A stretch of DNA of 64,000 nucleotides from Chlorobium sp. (GTDB lineage Bacteria; Bacteroidota; Chlorobiia; Chlorobiales; Chlorobiaceae), in NCBI GenBank assembly GCA_005843835.1, contig SZXZ01000007.1, positions 3,747 through 67,746 of the forward strand, written 5' to 3'. The position numbers were made by a program, and so were the translations under genes. Under the pieces are notes generated by a model. That model did no database searches, was not told where the DNA came from, and saw only the letters and a program-made list of their open reading frames with translations. Each line of letters starts with the position of its first letter. Position 1 is the first letter of the stretch. Positions 1 through 11,681 of the stretch are shown here, piece by piece.

Positions 1-1138
1 GATATACCGTTCCAAACTCAGTCAGACGGATTGGCAGATCGCGGTAACTGCGCATTTTCGAGCTGTAGATGAGGTGATGGTGCGGGCAGTTCATCGGTTT
101 AAGAAGATACTGCTCCTGCTTGCCGTCCTCATCGTGATAAGTCAGCGGCGGAAACTGCGAGTCGCTGTAATACGGATAGTGGCCCGAGCGCTTGTAGAGC
201 TCAATATTGCCGATATGAGGAGTATAAACAGGCAGATACCCACGCTTGCGCTGTTCTTCCTTTAAAAAGGATTCAAGTTCGTTACGTATGATGGCTCCGT
301 TTGGCAGCCAGATAGGAAGACCGCTTCCGACCTCTGGTGTGAGCATAAAAAGCTCAAGCTCAGCACCAAGTTTTCTGTGGTCTCTTCGTTTGGCCTCTTC
401 CATGCGGGTCACATATTCTTTCAGCAACTTTTCAGATGGAAAGGTAATGCCGTATATGCGCTGCATGTTCTCTCTTGACGAATCGCCGCGCCAGTAGGAT
501 GAGGATATATTGGTAAGAAGAACAGCCTTGAGTTTTGAAGTTGAAGGCAAATGAGGCCCTATGCACAGGTCGGTAAAACCGTCCTGATGATAGAGAGAAA
601 CAGTGTCAACTTTTTTCAGGGTATCTTCAAGAATTTCAACCTTATAAGGGTCATTTCTTGTATGCTTGAAAAAATCTATAGCCGCAGTACGGGTCATCTC
701 TTCCCGTTGAATGTGTATATCCCGCTTACTGATCTCAAGCATTTTTGCTTCGATCGTGCGCAAATCCTCTTCTCTGAAACGGTGGTCTGAAGCAACATCA
801 TAATAAAATCCCTGCTCTATGGAGGGACCGGCGCCGAATTTGCTTCCTGGAAAAAGCTCCTCGATGGCCTGGGCCATGATATGGCTTGAGCTGTGCCAGA
901 AAACATCTTTGCCGTCAGCGGAATCAAAGGTAATAATTTCAATTGCTGCGTCAGCGCTCAATGGAGAGTTAAGATCAACAAGAGTTCCGTCTATCTTGAG
1001 TGCCAGCGCATCCTGCGCAAGTTTGCGTCCAATAGATTGAGCAATATCCAGACCGGTAGTGCCTGATGGGAATGATTTAACTGTCCCGTCCGGCAGGGTA
1101 AGGGCTATCAAAGCCAGTTGTTCCTGATTGTCAGACAT
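1..1138 (-). CDS. thrS: Threonine--tRNA ligase, 5' part (runs off the left edge of the window)
   Basis: Not in the ORF track. Manual translation from ATG at 1138: MSDNQEQLALIALTLPDGTVKSFPSGTTG (TGS domain), WHSSSHIMAQA, GPSIEQGFYYD, DLCIGPH, RDHRKLG, ALKPMNCPHH, YRDLPIRLTEFG. Confidence 0.97.
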   Translation of the reverse strand, partial: MSDNQEQLALIALTLPDGTVKSFPSGTTGLDIAQSIGRKLAQDALALKIDGTLVDLNSPLSADAAIEIITFDSADGKDVFWHSSSHIMAQAIEELFPGSKFGAGPSIEQGFYYDVASDHRFREEDLRTIEAKMLEISKRDIHIQREEMTRTAAIDFFKHTRNDPYKVEILEDTLKKVDTVSLYHQDGFTDLCIGPHLPSTSKLKAVLLTNISSSYWRGDSSRENMQRIYGITFPSEKLLKEYVTRMEEAKRRDHRKLGAELELFMLTPEVGSGLPIWLPNGAIIRNELESFLKEEQRKRGYLPVYTPHIGNIELYKRSGHYPYYSDSQFPPLTYHDEDGKQEQYLLKPMNCPHHHLIYSSKMRSYRDLPIRLTEFGTVY

Positions 1139-1323
1139 TCTTTTTCTAGTCGTTTCACTCCATACGACAAAAGCGGCAATAGCTGCTTCTTCGCAGGAAA
1201 AATCAAAATACAGCCTCTTTTCGTTAGCAATGCCGGACTGGGAGGGCTGAGCAGCTTAAAACCGCATTCCCCAGTTCCGGAAAGTGGACTTGGACTATAC
1301 AAATAAAATTAAAATATTCCAAA

Positions 1324-2733
1324 TCAGTTTATCATTCGGAGTATATCTAGGGTTACGGTATCCTTGCCTTGTTTCAAGGTCAACTGTTCTGCTTTTCTTT
1401 TTAATTCTCTTCCAAAAGAGATCTGGCTGATGAAAGGTGCTTTTTTAACAATATCATTTAAAAGAGCATTTGCTTCTTCGCTCCATGTAACTTTACCAAA
1501 AGTAACTTCTCCTGAAGGTTCTCGACGGTTGATGGGTAGGAAGTTGAACAGCATATCATACAGGGTATTGACAATTTCCTGAAGAAGATAAACTGTTCCA
1601 CTATGTCCCATAAACGGGGTTCCAAGTGCTCTGCGGACAATTGGGCCTGGAAACCCAGCAGGGATAAACCTTGTTTTGGCATCGATTTCAGCCAGATAGA
1701 TTTTATCGACAATTCTACCGAAGAGTAACTGAGGCTGTTTTTGTTGAATCTCGTTACGGATAAGTGTATTATCGGCGGTGGCTGAATCATAGCTGAAAAG
1801 GCACTGCATACCCATTTCTTCAGCAAGAAATATTTTCAGTCCTTGAGAATATGTTTTTGCGGCTGTTACTCCGAATCGTATTGTTGGAAACCACTCGGCT
1901 TGAGGACCGCGCCAAAGATCCCATATTGGTTTTAATGTAGTCTGTTTTTCGTTTTTCAGAAAAGCGTCGGCCTGTTCATTTTTATTCAGAAGATGTCCCA
2001 GTTTCAAAATGAAATTCTGCGTTTTTTCCATTCCGAAGGGTGCTTGCAGTACTGGTCTGTCAAGCAATCCAGCAAGCGTACTTCCAAACTCATGATACAT
2101 GGTCACTATGACCTCGGAATTTTTCAGGTCAGCAATATCATTAAGTGAACTCTCAAATGGGTAGACATGACGAATATTTCCTCCCACTCCCTGAATAAGA
2201 CGTTTGAGTTCAGCAAGATCAGACGGACTATTGAAGCAACCGTAAGTAGGGCCAATAATACTTACGGTTAATGGCTCTATGACAGCTGGTTTATGGTCAT
2301 CGCATTGTTCATGGAGCCACTGAAGCGCGCGGTCTCTCCCTTGCCATTCATCTTCACCGAGTGAGTTGGATGGAAAAAATCGAACGTCAGGGTATTTCAT
2401 TTTCAGCATTCTTTCATGGTCGCTCCCTATCATCTCACTTTCTGCACTTGATACCAGAATAAGCTGACGTCCTGAAGACTGCAGTTTTTCAATGGTTTCT
2501 TTAACAATTTCTGAACTGCCCGAAGAAGCTATTTCTTTTTCAGTAAGACTAGTCGGGGTAAAATTTTCAAGGTAGGGGACGGCATCAGTATAGTCTATCA
2601 CGGCCACGCCAACAAGATTGTAACATCCTACCGGCGCATCCGCAATGACGTGCACGTCATTCAGAGAACAAAATGTATTTACTGCACCCCAGTATGCGCT
2701 TCCTGTGGATTCATCTCGAACGGTTTTTTCCAT
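1324..2733 (-). CDS. bchZ: Chlorophyllide a reductase subunit Z
   Basis: N-terminal YWGAV...VIADAPVGCYNL...DYTDA motif, nitrogenase-like fold, GTPFMG motif and a C-terminal PCP_red-like WSEEA...PFISQIS segment. Confidence 0.92.
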   Translation of the reverse strand: MEKTVRDESTGSAYWGAVNTFCSLNDVHVIADAPVGCYNLVGVAVIDYTDAVPYLENFTPTSLTEKEIASSGSSEIVKETIEKLQSSGRQLILVSSAESEMIGSDHERMLKMKYPDVRFFPSNSLGEDEWQGRDRALQWLHEQCDDHKPAVIEPLTVSIIGPTYGCFNSPSDLAELKRLIQGVGGNIRHVYPFESSLNDIADLKNSEVIVTMYHEFGSTLAGLLDRPVLQAPFGMEKTQNFILKLGHLLNKNEQADAFLKNEKQTTLKPIWDLWRGPQAEWFPTIRFGVTAAKTYSQGLKIFLAEEMGMQCLFSYDSATADNTLIRNEIQQKQPQLLFGRIVDKIYLAEIDAKTRFIPAGFPGPIVRRALGTPFMGHSGTVYLLQEIVNTLYDMLFNFLPINRREPSGEVTFGKVTWSEEANALLNDIVKKAPFISQISFGRELKRKAEQLTLKQGKDTVTLDILRMIN

Positions 2734-2774
2734 AGTCTATAGCAGGTAATCGGTAGTTGAACAAGGTAAACTCT

Positions 2775-4529
2775 TCAGCGCGTGTTGCCTTGTAGTGAAA
2801 TAGGAAGTATGCCATGAGGTTTAAATTTTCCCTTAAGAACTTGTACAACATAATCTTCACTTACAGCTATCGATGAATAGGTGCAGAGGTAAGCTGTAAG
2901 CTCAGGAAAATAGTTAATCATATAAGGCGTGCCGAGAGAAATAAAGATAAGCGGTTTTTCTTTTGGTGTCATTTTAGCCAAAGAATGGACAAATTCCTGC
3001 TGTTTTTCGGTGAGCCTCAATGTTCCTGAGCCTGAGAGAGCCTGTACATAAGAGGCAACAATAATAGCAGGAGCTTTCGTAGCCATATCAATAGCATTCG
3101 CATAGCGAAGCGAATCGGTTCCTGGATCAATTCTTATATGGTCAGCCGTATAATATTTATCAATGTTATTGATGTATCCTTTACCGACTTCATTGTCGGT
3201 CTTATCTTGCAGTATGATATTGAGCAGTTTTCCTGAAGATGATAGTCTATGAAGTGGTATGTAGTGGTTTTCATCTTTAACAAGAGTGATTGAGGCAGCT
3301 GCAATTTTTTTCGCCAGCTCACGGTGCGACTCAGGACTTGCATACTCCTTAATACGGTTGAGATCAACAAGTTTTCTATGCTCGATGTCAAGCCACTTTT
3401 TTACCTGAAGAATTCTGCGTACTGAGGCTTCTATTTGTTCTTTCGGGATAATTCCGTTTTCAACCGCGGTTACAATGGAGCTATGGGCAAGTTCCGGATC
3501 TGGTGAAAAAAGCAGAAGGTCGTTTCCCGCCTGAACGGCTTTAACTGAAATTTCAGAGACGTTTTTGCCGTTGTATAGCGCTTTCATGTTCAGAGCATCA
3601 GTAATGATAATGCCCTGAAATCCCAGCTCATTCCGAAGCAAGTCGGTGACTATCGCTTTTGAAATTGATGCAGGCTCCATTGTCCCTGTTAATTTTGGTG
3701 CAGCAAGGTGGCCGATCATAACGCTTATTACACCTTGTTCTATGGCTGCCTTAAATGGCTTAAGTTCATAGTCGTCCAATTGTTTTCGGTCTGCCTTTAG
3801 GACAGGGAGAGAAATATGGCTGTCAACGCTGACATCGCCGTGTCCAGGAAAGTGTTTTGCTGTTGCAATTACGCCGTTTGCCTGAAGTCCTTCGATGATC
3901 GCTTTTGACAATTCAATCGCTAAGGGGACATTATCACCGAACGAACGAGTGTTAATTATTGGATTTAATGGGTTGATGTTCAGGTCAAGAGTGGGGGCAT
4001 AGTTTTGGTGAAGTCCAACCGCCTTTGCTTCTTTTGCAATGGCTTCTGCCATTTTTGAGGCAAGTTGCATATCCTTTCCGGCAGAAACAGCCATGTTTGT
4101 AGGGAATTCAGTAGCTCCGTTTAATCTCATTGCCAGCCCCCGTTCCATATCCGCGCTCATGAGTAGAGGTCTTGGTGCAAGAGACTGAAAATGGTTTGCC
4201 AGCATACCTGCGCTGAAGGTATCTCCCTTTAAAAACATTATCCCGCCCACTTTACCTTCCTTGACTAACCGGTCGAGCAGCTTGTACGCACTGTCATCAA
4301 AACTGTTATAATGACCATCTGATTCTGCGATGAGCATTTGTCCTACTTTTTCCGAAAGCGTCATACTCTGCAGCGTTTCTTCTATGCGGGGATCAATAAG
4401 ACCGAAAATGTGCTGGGCAGACCATGTTTCGGAACGTGGACTAGTTTGTGCCGAGCCAGAAAGAGCTTTTGGGATAAAAAGGAGTATGATAAAGAAACAT
4501 GAACGAAGGGCGGTATTAATTTTTTTCAT
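2775..4529 (-). CDS. Glycoside hydrolase family 3 (beta-N-acetylhexosaminidase, two-domain, exported)
   Basis: Signal peptide; SADMERG, KHFPGHG and ITDAL motifs; C-terminal GH3_C domain. Confidence 0.9.
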   Translation of the reverse strand: MKKINTALRSCFFIILLFIPKALSGSAQTSPRSETWSAQHIFGLIDPRIEETLQSMTLSEKVGQMLIAESDGHYNSFDDSAYKLLDRLVKEGKVGGIMFLKGDTFSAGMLANHFQSLAPRPLLMSADMERGLAMRLNGATEFPTNMAVSAGKDMQLASKMAEAIAKEAKAVGLHQNYAPTLDLNINPLNPIINTRSFGDNVPLAIELSKAIIEGLQANGVIATAKHFPGHGDVSVDSHISLPVLKADRKQLDDYELKPFKAAIEQGVISVMIGHLAAPKLTGTMEPASISKAIVTDLLRNELGFQGIIITDALNMKALYNGKNVSEISVKAVQAGNDLLLFSPDPELAHSSIVTAVENGIIPKEQIEASVRRILQVKKWLDIEHRKLVDLNRIKEYASPESHRELAKKIAAASITLVKDENHYIPLHRLSSSGKLLNIILQDKTDNEVGKGYINNIDKYYTADHIRIDPGTDSLRYANAIDMATKAPAIIVASYVQALSGSGTLRLTEKQQEFVHSLAKMTPKEKPLIFISLGTPYMINYFPELTAYLCTYSSIAVSEDYVVQVLKGKFKPHGILPISLQGNTR

Positions 4530-4675
4530 TCTGGATATATTCTGTCAGGTAATCCGTTATAGTTGAAGTCAGTGTTAAAACTAAAAAAAATCCTGACAAT
4601 CCTGTGTTGCTTTGACCGTAGAACAGCAGTTTGAAGCAATTGTAGATTCAATAGAGTATTGACAGGTCTTTATGG

Positions 4676-5260
4676 TTATTGTATGGATCGGGAGTTATAG
4701 ACGATTCCTCCTTCTTCAATGTATTGTAGAAGAATTGATCTTGCTTCGGTGCGGTGAACTCCGGTAATAACCTCAATTCCTCGTTTTTCTAGTTCCTCAA
4801 TCCAATTTTCAGGTTTCGGTCCCTCGTCAAAACCAACATGTTCAGCATCAAAACTGTAGGCTCCGCATACCAGGCGGGTTATTCCTGACCAGATCACCGC
4901 ACCGAAACACATTGTACAAGGTTCAGTGGAAGTTACAAGTTCATATGCCGGTATGTCATGGCCATACAGGGTGTATCGTTCAATACGGTGTTGGGCGATA
5001 GCAAGGGCTATCATTTCAGCATGGTTGTGTGAACAGTTGCTATGGATGACAAGATTAACTCCGACAGCCAAAAGTCGGCCTGATAACCGTTCGAAAACAG
5101 CTGCCCCGAAAGGGCCACCGGTTTTATGGATAATATTTTGTCTTGAAAGTTCAATCACGAAATTCATTCGATCGTTGTCAGTATGGAGAATTCTGCCGTT
5201 ATCCGCGGAAAATTCCTGAATCCATGGAGGGAGGAGTAGTTCAAGATTGAAGCTGGGCAT
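4676..5260 (-). CDS. Zinc-dependent nucleoside/nucleotide deaminase (CMP/dCMP deaminase family)
   Basis: GGPFGA, HAE and EPCTMC zinc motifs. Confidence 0.9.
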   Translation of the reverse strand: MPSFNLELLLPPWIQEFSADNGRILHTDNDRMNFVIELSRQNIIHKTGGPFGAAVFERLSGRLLAVGVNLVIHSNCSHNHAEMIALAIAQHRIERYTLYGHDIPAYELVTSTEPCTMCFGAVIWSGITRLVCGAYSFDAEHVGFDEGPKPENWIEELEKRGIEVITGVHRTEARSILLQYIEEGGIVYNSRSIQ

Positions 5261-5310
5261 AAAAAAGCACTAATATTCGGAAATAAACTTGATGTGTACT
5301 CTTTTTAAGA

Positions 5311-5823
5311 TCAGCACATATAGAGATAAGGTTTCCATTCATCAGAAACTGAAGTTGTCAGTTGTTGCATGAACATGAGATTATTTGGTCTGATAGGTTG
5401 CTTTAAAGGGTGCATGCCAGCTTCGCGGGGGGTTCGGTTTCCTTTTTTCGAGTTACAGCGGGGGCAAGCTGTAATGAGGTTTTCCCATGAATTATCGCCA
5501 CCTCTTGAGCGTGGCAGCATATGGTCAATGGTTAAGGGTAAATCTGTTTTTCCGCAGTATTGACATTGATAACTGTCTCTGAGAAGAATGTTTTTTCTGT
5601 TCAGGATAATTCTTTTGTAAGGAACTCTGACAAAAAATGTCAGCCTTACAATACTTGGCAGGGGAAAGGTGCGGGAAATCGTGCAAATGACTCGTTCAGG
5701 GTGGTGGGCTACGGGAACGGCTTTTCCACCAAACAGTAAAAGAACGGCTTTCTGAGCGTCACAAATACTTAAAGGTTCATAGCTGCTATTGAGTACAAGA
5801 ACTTTCGTGCGATGTAATAGCAT
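5311..5823 (-). CDS. Stand-alone HNH endonuclease (McrA-like)
   Basis: [12 protein letters not shown]-terminus; [10 protein letters not shown]...[29 protein letters not shown]. Confidence 0.92.
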   Translation of the reverse strand: MLLHRTKVLVLNSSYEPLSICDAQKAVLLLFGGKAVPVAHHPERVICTISRTFPLPSIVRLTFFVRVPYKRIILNRKNILLRDSYQCQYCGKTDLPLTIDHMLPRSRGGDNSWENLITACPRCNSKKGNRTPREAGMHPLKQPIRPNNLMFMQQLTTSVSDEWKPYLYMC

Positions 5824-5913
5824 AAACTAGAGTTTTTTTATAGTATAACTGCATGGATGTAGAAAGCACAATAAGTTGGGTGAAATTTTGGTTAATTTTT
5901 TTGTTGCAGCCTC

Positions 5914-7374
5914 TTATAGGCTGCAGCAGATGTTCAGTTGTCTTGATGCCATAGCTTCATCGAGTCGTTTGACCGGGGTTGTTAAGGGTGCTGAAATTAA
6001 GAGCTCCGGGTTGTTTTCGGCCTCTTGAGCGATACTGAGTAACGCTTGAGCAAAAATATCAAGGGTTTCTTTTGATTCAGTTTCGGTTGGCTCTATCATA
6101 ATTGCCTCACTGACGATAAGCGGAAAATATATAGTCGGAGCATGAAATCCGTAGTCAAGTAATCTTTTTGCTATATCAAGTGTTCTGACTCCATGCGCTT
6201 TTTTCTGTCGATCTCCCGATAGACAGAATTCGTGCAGAACTGGTTTTGGGTATGGAAGGTCATAGCTTTCAAGAAGAAGGCTCAACAGGTAATTGGCATT
6301 AATAATAGCATTTTCAGATACACGGCGAAGTCCTTCTGGTCCAAGCATTCGGATATAGGTATATGCTCTTACAAGCACGGCAAAGTTGCCATAGAAATTC
6401 ATCATTCTTCCAATACTTTCGGGACGATTGTATTGGAGTGAGTAAGTTGTTCCTTTAGAGGACTCTTGTTTTTCAATAACAGGTACAGGAAGATACGGTA
6501 TTAATTTTTCGCTGACACCTACAGGGCCACTACCAGGACCGCCTCCACCGTGCGGAGTTGCAAATGTTTTATGAAGATTATAATGAACCACATCAAAGCC
6601 CATATCTCCTGGACGGGTAATACCGAGAAGTGCATTCATGTTGGCGCCATCCATATAGAGAAGGCTGCCGTTGTTATGCACCATCGTTGCTATTTGCTGG
6701 ATCTCTTTTTCAAAAAGCCCAATGGTATTCGGATTGGTGAGCATGAGAGCCGCAACATCGCCGTCCAGCTTCAGTCTGAGGTCGTCAAGATCAGTTCGTC
6801 CATCCCTATTGCCTGCAACTGAAATAATCTGGTAACCAGCCAGAGCTGCTGACGCAGGATTAGTGCCGTGTGCAGAGTCAACCACAAGAAGTTTTCTTCG
6901 TTTTGATCCTTGAGATTCGTGATACTTTTTTATAAGCAAAATACCTGTAAGTTCTCCATGTGCTCCAGCAGCTGGCTGGAGTGTAACGGCGGCCATGCCC
7001 GCTATTTCCCGAAGCATCTCAGCAAGTTCATACATAAGCTGAAGTGCACCCTGAGTTGTTTTAGCGGGTTGCAGGGGATGAAGAGCACTGAATCCCGGCA
7101 GGTCACAGGTATAATCATTAATCTTGGGGTTGTACTTCATGGTACAACTCCCTAAAGGGTACATGTTTTTGTCAACATGGTAATTCAGGGTCGAAAGACG
7201 TATAAAATGCCGCACAACCTCACTTTCTGAAACTTCAGGAAGTTCTGCCGATTGTTTTCGAAGAAACTTCGAAGGAATAATTGTTTCCATAGGGATTTCC
7301 GGGAGATTATGACCCGAAAGGCTGTACCCTTTACGACCGCAATGGGATAATTCAAAAATCAGTTTTTCTCTCAT
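5914..7374 (-). CDS. gcvPB: Glycine dehydrogenase (decarboxylating) subunit 2
   Basis: [30 protein letters not shown] and the PLP-lysine motif [16 protein letters not shown]. Confidence 0.97.
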   Translation of the reverse strand: MREKLIFELSHCGRKGYSLSGHNLPEIPMETIIPSKFLRKQSAELPEVSESEVVRHFIRLSTLNYHVDKNMYPLGSCTMKYNPKINDYTCDLPGFSALHPLQPAKTTQGALQLMYELAEMLREIAGMAAVTLQPAAGAHGELTGILLIKKYHESQGSKRRKLLVVDSAHGTNPASAALAGYQIISVAGNRDGRTDLDDLRLKLDGDVAALMLTNPNTIGLFEKEIQQIATMVHNNGSLLYMDGANMNALLGITRPGDMGFDVVHYNLHKTFATPHGGGGPGSGPVGVSEKLIPYLPVPVIEKQESSKGTTYSLQYNRPESIGRMMNFYGNFAVLVRAYTYIRMLGPEGLRRVSENAIINANYLLSLLLESYDLPYPKPVLHEFCLSGDRQKKAHGVRTLDIAKRLLDYGFHAPTIYFPLIVSEAIMIEPTETESKETLDIFAQALLSIAQEAENNPELLISAPLTTPVKRLDEAMASRQLNICCSL

Positions 7375-7492
7375 TATTATGGTACTTCAACAGTAGGCTT
7401 TTGCTATAAAATATACCTGTTACTTAATATATGGGAAGGAAAATACAAGCTCAAAAGAATCGGTAAAATAAGAAGAGTAAAAGCAGGATTTT

Positions 7493-8314
7493 TTAACTCC
7501 AGTCAATATCTTCTGCAGTCAGCTTTTCCATCGCTTCCTTTGCCGCAAGCTGTTCAGCATCTTTTTTTCGCTGGGCGGTTCCTTTTCCGAGTAACTGGTC
7601 AGTGCAGCTTACCCCGATTGTGAAGGTTTTCTCATGTTCTGCACCGGCTTCAGCCATAACCGAATATACCGGTGCAGGGAGGTGATGTGATTGCGTGTAC
7701 TCAATCAGGCGGCTTTTATAATTGTGTTCTGCAGCAACAATAGTATTGAAATTTACATGTTCAATGATATGCCTGCTGATAAAATCGGAAGCATCTTCTA
7801 TTCCCTTATCGATATATATAGCTCCAATAAGGGATTCGAAAGCATCAGCCAAGGCTGATTCGCTGTTTCTGATTTTGAGTTCGTCAGCAGATTCACCTAT
7901 CAGAAGCTGATCACCAAGGTTGATGGTGCGGGCAAAAGCTGCGAGCGATTTACGATTGACTATTTTTGCCCGGTTGCTTGACAACTCGCCCTCAGCACTT
8001 TCCGGAAAGCGCTTGAACAGGTATTCGGAGACCAGCAGGTCGAGAACCGAGTCTCCTAGAAATTCGAGACGCTGGTTTGATTCGATGATAGAGGATGTTG
8101 CCGGGTCATGAACCACGGAGCGGTGAGTCAGGGCGGTAAAGTATATCGGCAGGTTGGTGCCTGATGCTCCGACTAGCTTTTGCAGATAGTCAATAGTTTT
8201 TTCAGATAGTCCTGCTGCATTCAATGGATGACTTTCCTCAATCTTGTATAAGATTGTGTTTTCCCCTGATCGGTGAAAGGCAAAGGATGTAAGTTTTTGC
8301 CAGAATTGCTCCAT
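7493..8314 (-). CDS. rnc: Ribonuclease III
   Basis: ALTHRS, NQRLEFLGDSVL, ADAFESLIGAIYID; C-terminal dsRBD. Confidence 0.97.
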   Translation of the reverse strand: MEQFWQKLTSFAFHRSGENTILYKIEESHPLNAAGLSEKTIDYLQKLVGASGTNLPIYFTALTHRSVVHDPATSSIIESNQRLEFLGDSVLDLLVSEYLFKRFPESAEGELSSNRAKIVNRKSLAAFARTINLGDQLLIGESADELKIRNSESALADAFESLIGAIYIDKGIEDASDFISRHIIEHVNFNTIVAAEHNYKSRLIEYTQSHHLPAPVYSVMAEAGAEHEKTFTIGVSCTDQLLGKGTAQRKKDAEQLAAKEAMEKLTAEDIDWS

Positions 8315-8331
8315 TGGCAGGATGGGTTTTG

Positions 8332-9585
8332 TCAGAGCGATGAACCGTTCCTGAAAATCAGAGAGGCGTTATGTCCTCCAAATCCGAAGCCATTGTTAAG
8401 AACGTACTCTATATGGCGTTTTTTCGGTGTGTTTGGCGTCACATCCACATCAATCTGAGGGTCAAGATTATCACAATTAATTGTTGGTGGAACAGTCTGG
8501 TTTTCAAGCGCTAACAGACACGCTATCGATTCAACAACACCTGCAGCTCCAAGAAGATGACCAGTCATGGATTTAGTTGAACTGATACTGAGCTTATAGG
8601 CATGATCTCCAAAGACAGTTTTGATTGCTGTGATTTCTGCGATATCACCAAGCGGTGTAGATGTTCCGTGAGTATTGATATAATCAATGTTATCAGGCGT
8701 AATTCCTGCTAATGCAAGTGCGGATCTCATTGCATTGACTGCGCCGATACCTTCAGGATGTGGTGCAGTCAGATGATAGGCATCAGCAGTTGCTCCAACT
8801 CCTACAATTTCACCGTAAATTTTAGCTCCGCGTGCTTTAGCAGATTCTAGTGATTCAAGAATCAATGATCCGCCACCTTCACCCATGACAAATCCGTCTC
8901 GATCCCTGTCGTATGGGCGCGAAGCCTGTTGTGGACGGTCATTGGCAGTCGAAAGTGCTCTGGAAGCATTGAAGCCTCCTACACTCAACTGAGTAATAGG
9001 CGCTTCAGATCCTCCGCAAACCATGTAGTCTGCCATACCCGTCTGAATGATCATATAAGAGTCAATAATCGCATGCAACGAGGTTGCACAGGCTGAAGCT
9101 GTAGCATAGTTCGGACCCATGAGCCCATGTCGGATAGAAATCTGTCCGGCAGCAATATCGGGAATCAACATCGGAATAAAAAAGGGGCTGATTCTTCTCG
9201 GACCCCGTTCCATATAGGTTCTGAACTGTTGATCGTATGTGGTCATACCTCCAATTCCAGAACCGTGGACTACGCCGATTCTAAGCGGGTCAATTTCCTT
9301 CAGGTCCAGACCAGAATCACTTAGCGCTTGTGCTGCCGCGATAACAGCATATTGACAGTAGGGATCCATACGGTCAGCGGATTTCCTGTCAATATAGTTT
9401 TCAGCTGAAAATCCTTTAAGTTCACAGGCAAAGGTTGTAGCAAAATCAGTTGCATCAAAATAGGTGATTGGTGCAGCACCACTCTTCCCTTGATAAAGTG
9501 CGGTCCAGAACTCATCTTTATTAAGACCTATCGGGGATAAAACCCCTATTCCGGTAACGACTATTCTTTTGCGCTCCTGACCCAT
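8332..9585 (-). CDS. fabF: 3-oxoacyl-ACP synthase II
   Basis: [43 protein letters not shown]. Confidence 0.98.
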   Translation of the reverse strand: MGQERKRIVVTGIGVLSPIGLNKDEFWTALYQGKSGAAPITYFDATDFATTFACELKGFSAENYIDRKSADRMDPYCQYAVIAAAQALSDSGLDLKEIDPLRIGVVHGSGIGGMTTYDQQFRTYMERGPRRISPFFIPMLIPDIAAGQISIRHGLMGPNYATASACATSLHAIIDSYMIIQTGMADYMVCGGSEAPITQLSVGGFNASRALSTANDRPQQASRPYDRDRDGFVMGEGGGSLILESLESAKARGAKIYGEIVGVGATADAYHLTAPHPEGIGAVNAMRSALALAGITPDNIDYINTHGTSTPLGDIAEITAIKTVFGDHAYKLSISSTKSMTGHLLGAAGVVESIACLLALENQTVPPTINCDNLDPQIDVDVTPNTPKKRHIEYVLNNGFGFGGHNASLIFRNGSSL

Positions 9586-9626
9586 CAGTTATGATTTAAC
9601 GTTTGCCTGCTTTTTAAAGATATTCT

Positions 9627-9863
9627 TTACTTTTTAACGATATAATCGATTGCCTGCTGAACTGTTCCGATCTTCTCTGCATCCTCATCTGGAATCTGAA
9701 CACCGAACTCATTCTCAAGTTCCATAATCAGCTCTACGGTATCAAGTGAATCAGCTCCCAAATCATCAGAAAATTTAGACTCTGGTTTAATCTGATCTTT
9801 GTTGACGCCCATTTTGCTGACGATAATATCGTATACCTTATCTTTGATTTCTGCTTCAGTCAT
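9627..9863 (-). CDS. acpP: Acyl carrier protein
   Basis: [12 protein letters not shown] phosphopantetheine motif. Confidence 0.98.
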   Translation of the reverse strand: MTEAEIKDKVYDIIVSKMGVNKDQIKPESKFSDDLGADSLDTVELIMELENEFGVQIPDEDAEKIGTVQQAIDYIVKK

Positions 9864-9950
9864 TGTTTGTTCTCCGGATTATTAGTTGGTTACTGATAAA
9901 AAAAAATTGAAAAAGTCCGACAATATACAAAGAAAATAAGCATGCCCAAA

Positions 9951-10688
9951 TTACATGACCATGCCGCCGCTGATGTTGATGACAACCCCAGTGATATATG
10001 CTGACTGCTCTCCAGCAAGGAATGATACAACGTTTGCCACATCCTCCGGTTGTCCAAATCGAGCGAGGGGAATAACATCAAGCATCTTGTTTTTTACTTC
10101 ATCAGAGAGCGCATCGGTCATTTTCGATGCTATAAACCCTGGAGCAACTGCATTTACCCTGATATTTCGTGATGCAAGCTCCTTTGCTATCGATTTGGTA
10201 AAGGCAATAACCCCGCCCTTTGATGCAGCATAATTAGCCTGCCCTGCATTACCCATAATTCCAATAACTGATGCGATATTGACGATTGAGCCTGAGCGCT
10301 GTTTCATCATTGTACGGCTTACGGCTTTTGTGCAGGCAAAAGTTCCTTTTAAATTGACTGTAAGAACCGCATCCCAGTCTTCTTCACTCATTCTCATGAG
10401 AAGGCCATCACGTGTTATGCCGGCATTGTTGATGAGAATATCTATTCTTCCGGCTGTTTCAGCAATTTCATTGAAGACGCTCTGTACAGCTTCCGTGTTA
10501 GTGACATCAAGTTCAAAGCAGAAAACATTTCTGCCGAGTTTTTTAACCCCTTCTGCGGTCTCAGTAAGCCATTCAGCCTTAATGTCGCAAAGGACGAGGT
10601 CGGCACCTTTAGAGGCTAGATTATAAGCGATAGCCTGGCCGATGCCTCTGGCTGCTCCGGTTACAACAGCAATTTTTCCTTCAAGCAT
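9951..10688 (-). CDS. fabG: 3-oxoacyl-ACP reductase
   Basis: [21 protein letters not shown]; position in fab operon. Confidence 0.97.
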   Translation of the reverse strand: MLEGKIAVVTGAARGIGQAIAYNLASKGADLVLCDIKAEWLTETAEGVKKLGRNVFCFELDVTNTEAVQSVFNEIAETAGRIDILINNAGITRDGLLMRMSEEDWDAVLTVNLKGTFACTKAVSRTMMKQRSGSIVNIASVIGIMGNAGQANYAASKGGVIAFTKSIAKELASRNIRVNAVAPGFIASKMTDALSDEVKNKMLDVIPLARFGQPEDVANVVSFLAGEQSAYITGVVINISGGMVM

Positions 10689-10729
10689 AGTTTCAGCAAG
10701 TTGATGTTAATGGCCAGTAAATAAATTAT

Positions 10730-11638
10730 TCAGATAAGCGATTGAATGTCTTTTGCAGAGTCAAAACCTTTCGTATTAACGGAGGTGTTAATCCGTTTGA
10801 TCAGACCCTGTAAAACTTTTTGCGGTCCAATTTCAACAAATTCTGTTATACCGCTCTCTACCATTGCCTGAATAGATTGAGCCCATAAAACTGAACTGGT
10901 GAGTTGCAGAATCAGGTTTTTTCTGATTTCAACAGCAGTTGTTACAGGTCGGGCAATAGCATTCATGCAAACCGGTATTTCAGCGGGTCTAATGTCAATT
11001 TTCTCAAGAGCTGCTGAAAGCTCCTGTTCTGCGGGTTTCATGAGCGGAGAGTGAAATGCCCCGGAAACGACTAACTCTTTTGCCATACGAGCACCCTTTG
11101 ACGGGGCAAGCGCGACTGCCTTTTTAACTGCAGCAATTTCACCAGATAAAACAATCTGTCCAGGCGAATTGAAATTCGCAGCTTGAATGATACCATCTTC
11201 ACCTGCTTCAGCAAGAAGTCCTTCAAGAGAACTGTCTGGCATTCCAATAATCGCGGCCATGGTTCCAGGGTTTTGCTTCCCTGCGTTTTGCATCAGCTCG
11301 CCTCTTTTAGCCACAATTCGTAATGCATCATCAAAACCTATAGCTCCGGCAAAACAAAGGGCTGTGTATTCGCCGAGACTATGACCAGCAGTCATAGTAA
11401 TATCCGTTCTGCCTAGAAGAGCAGTTAACGCCATACTATGCAAAAAAATAGCTGGTTGTGTATGTTTAGTCTGACGCAACTCCTCTTCATTTCCAGAAAA
11501 CATAATGTCTGTTATCGAAAAGCCTAGGAGTTCGTTTGCTTTTTCCATCATGGAACGGGCGACGGGGAAATTATCAAAAATGTCCTTGCCCATACCACAA
11601 TACTGGGAACCCTGTCCAGGAAATACAAATGCCTTCAT
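10730..11638 (-). CDS. fabD: Malonyl-CoA:ACP transacylase
   Basis: FPGQGSQ, GHSLGEY, SGAFHS. Confidence 0.98.
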   Translation of the reverse strand: MKAFVFPGQGSQYCGMGKDIFDNFPVARSMMEKANELLGFSITDIMFSGNEEELRQTKHTQPAIFLHSMALTALLGRTDITMTAGHSLGEYTALCFAGAIGFDDALRIVAKRGELMQNAGKQNPGTMAAIIGMPDSSLEGLLAEAGEDGIIQAANFNSPGQIVLSGEIAAVKKAVALAPSKGARMAKELVVSGAFHSPLMKPAEQELSAALEKIDIRPAEIPVCMNAIARPVTTAVEIRKNLILQLTSSVLWAQSIQAMVESGITEFVEIGPQKVLQGLIKRINTSVNTKGFDSAKDIQSLI

Positions 11639-11681
11639 GAATGCTGTCTTTCTAATCGTTCAGATATAAAGAGATAAATTA

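Noticed and set aside
1233-1280. GGGAATGCGGT...AAGCTGC resemblance to a cobalamin riboswitch core
   Set aside because: No recognisable B12 box or GCCACTG element, and thrS is not a B12-related gene.
74-1306. Several short plus-strand ORFs and the 1108-1302 minus-strand ORF
   Set aside because: They are antisense shadows of thrS or overlap its leader; thrS on the minus strand explains the region.
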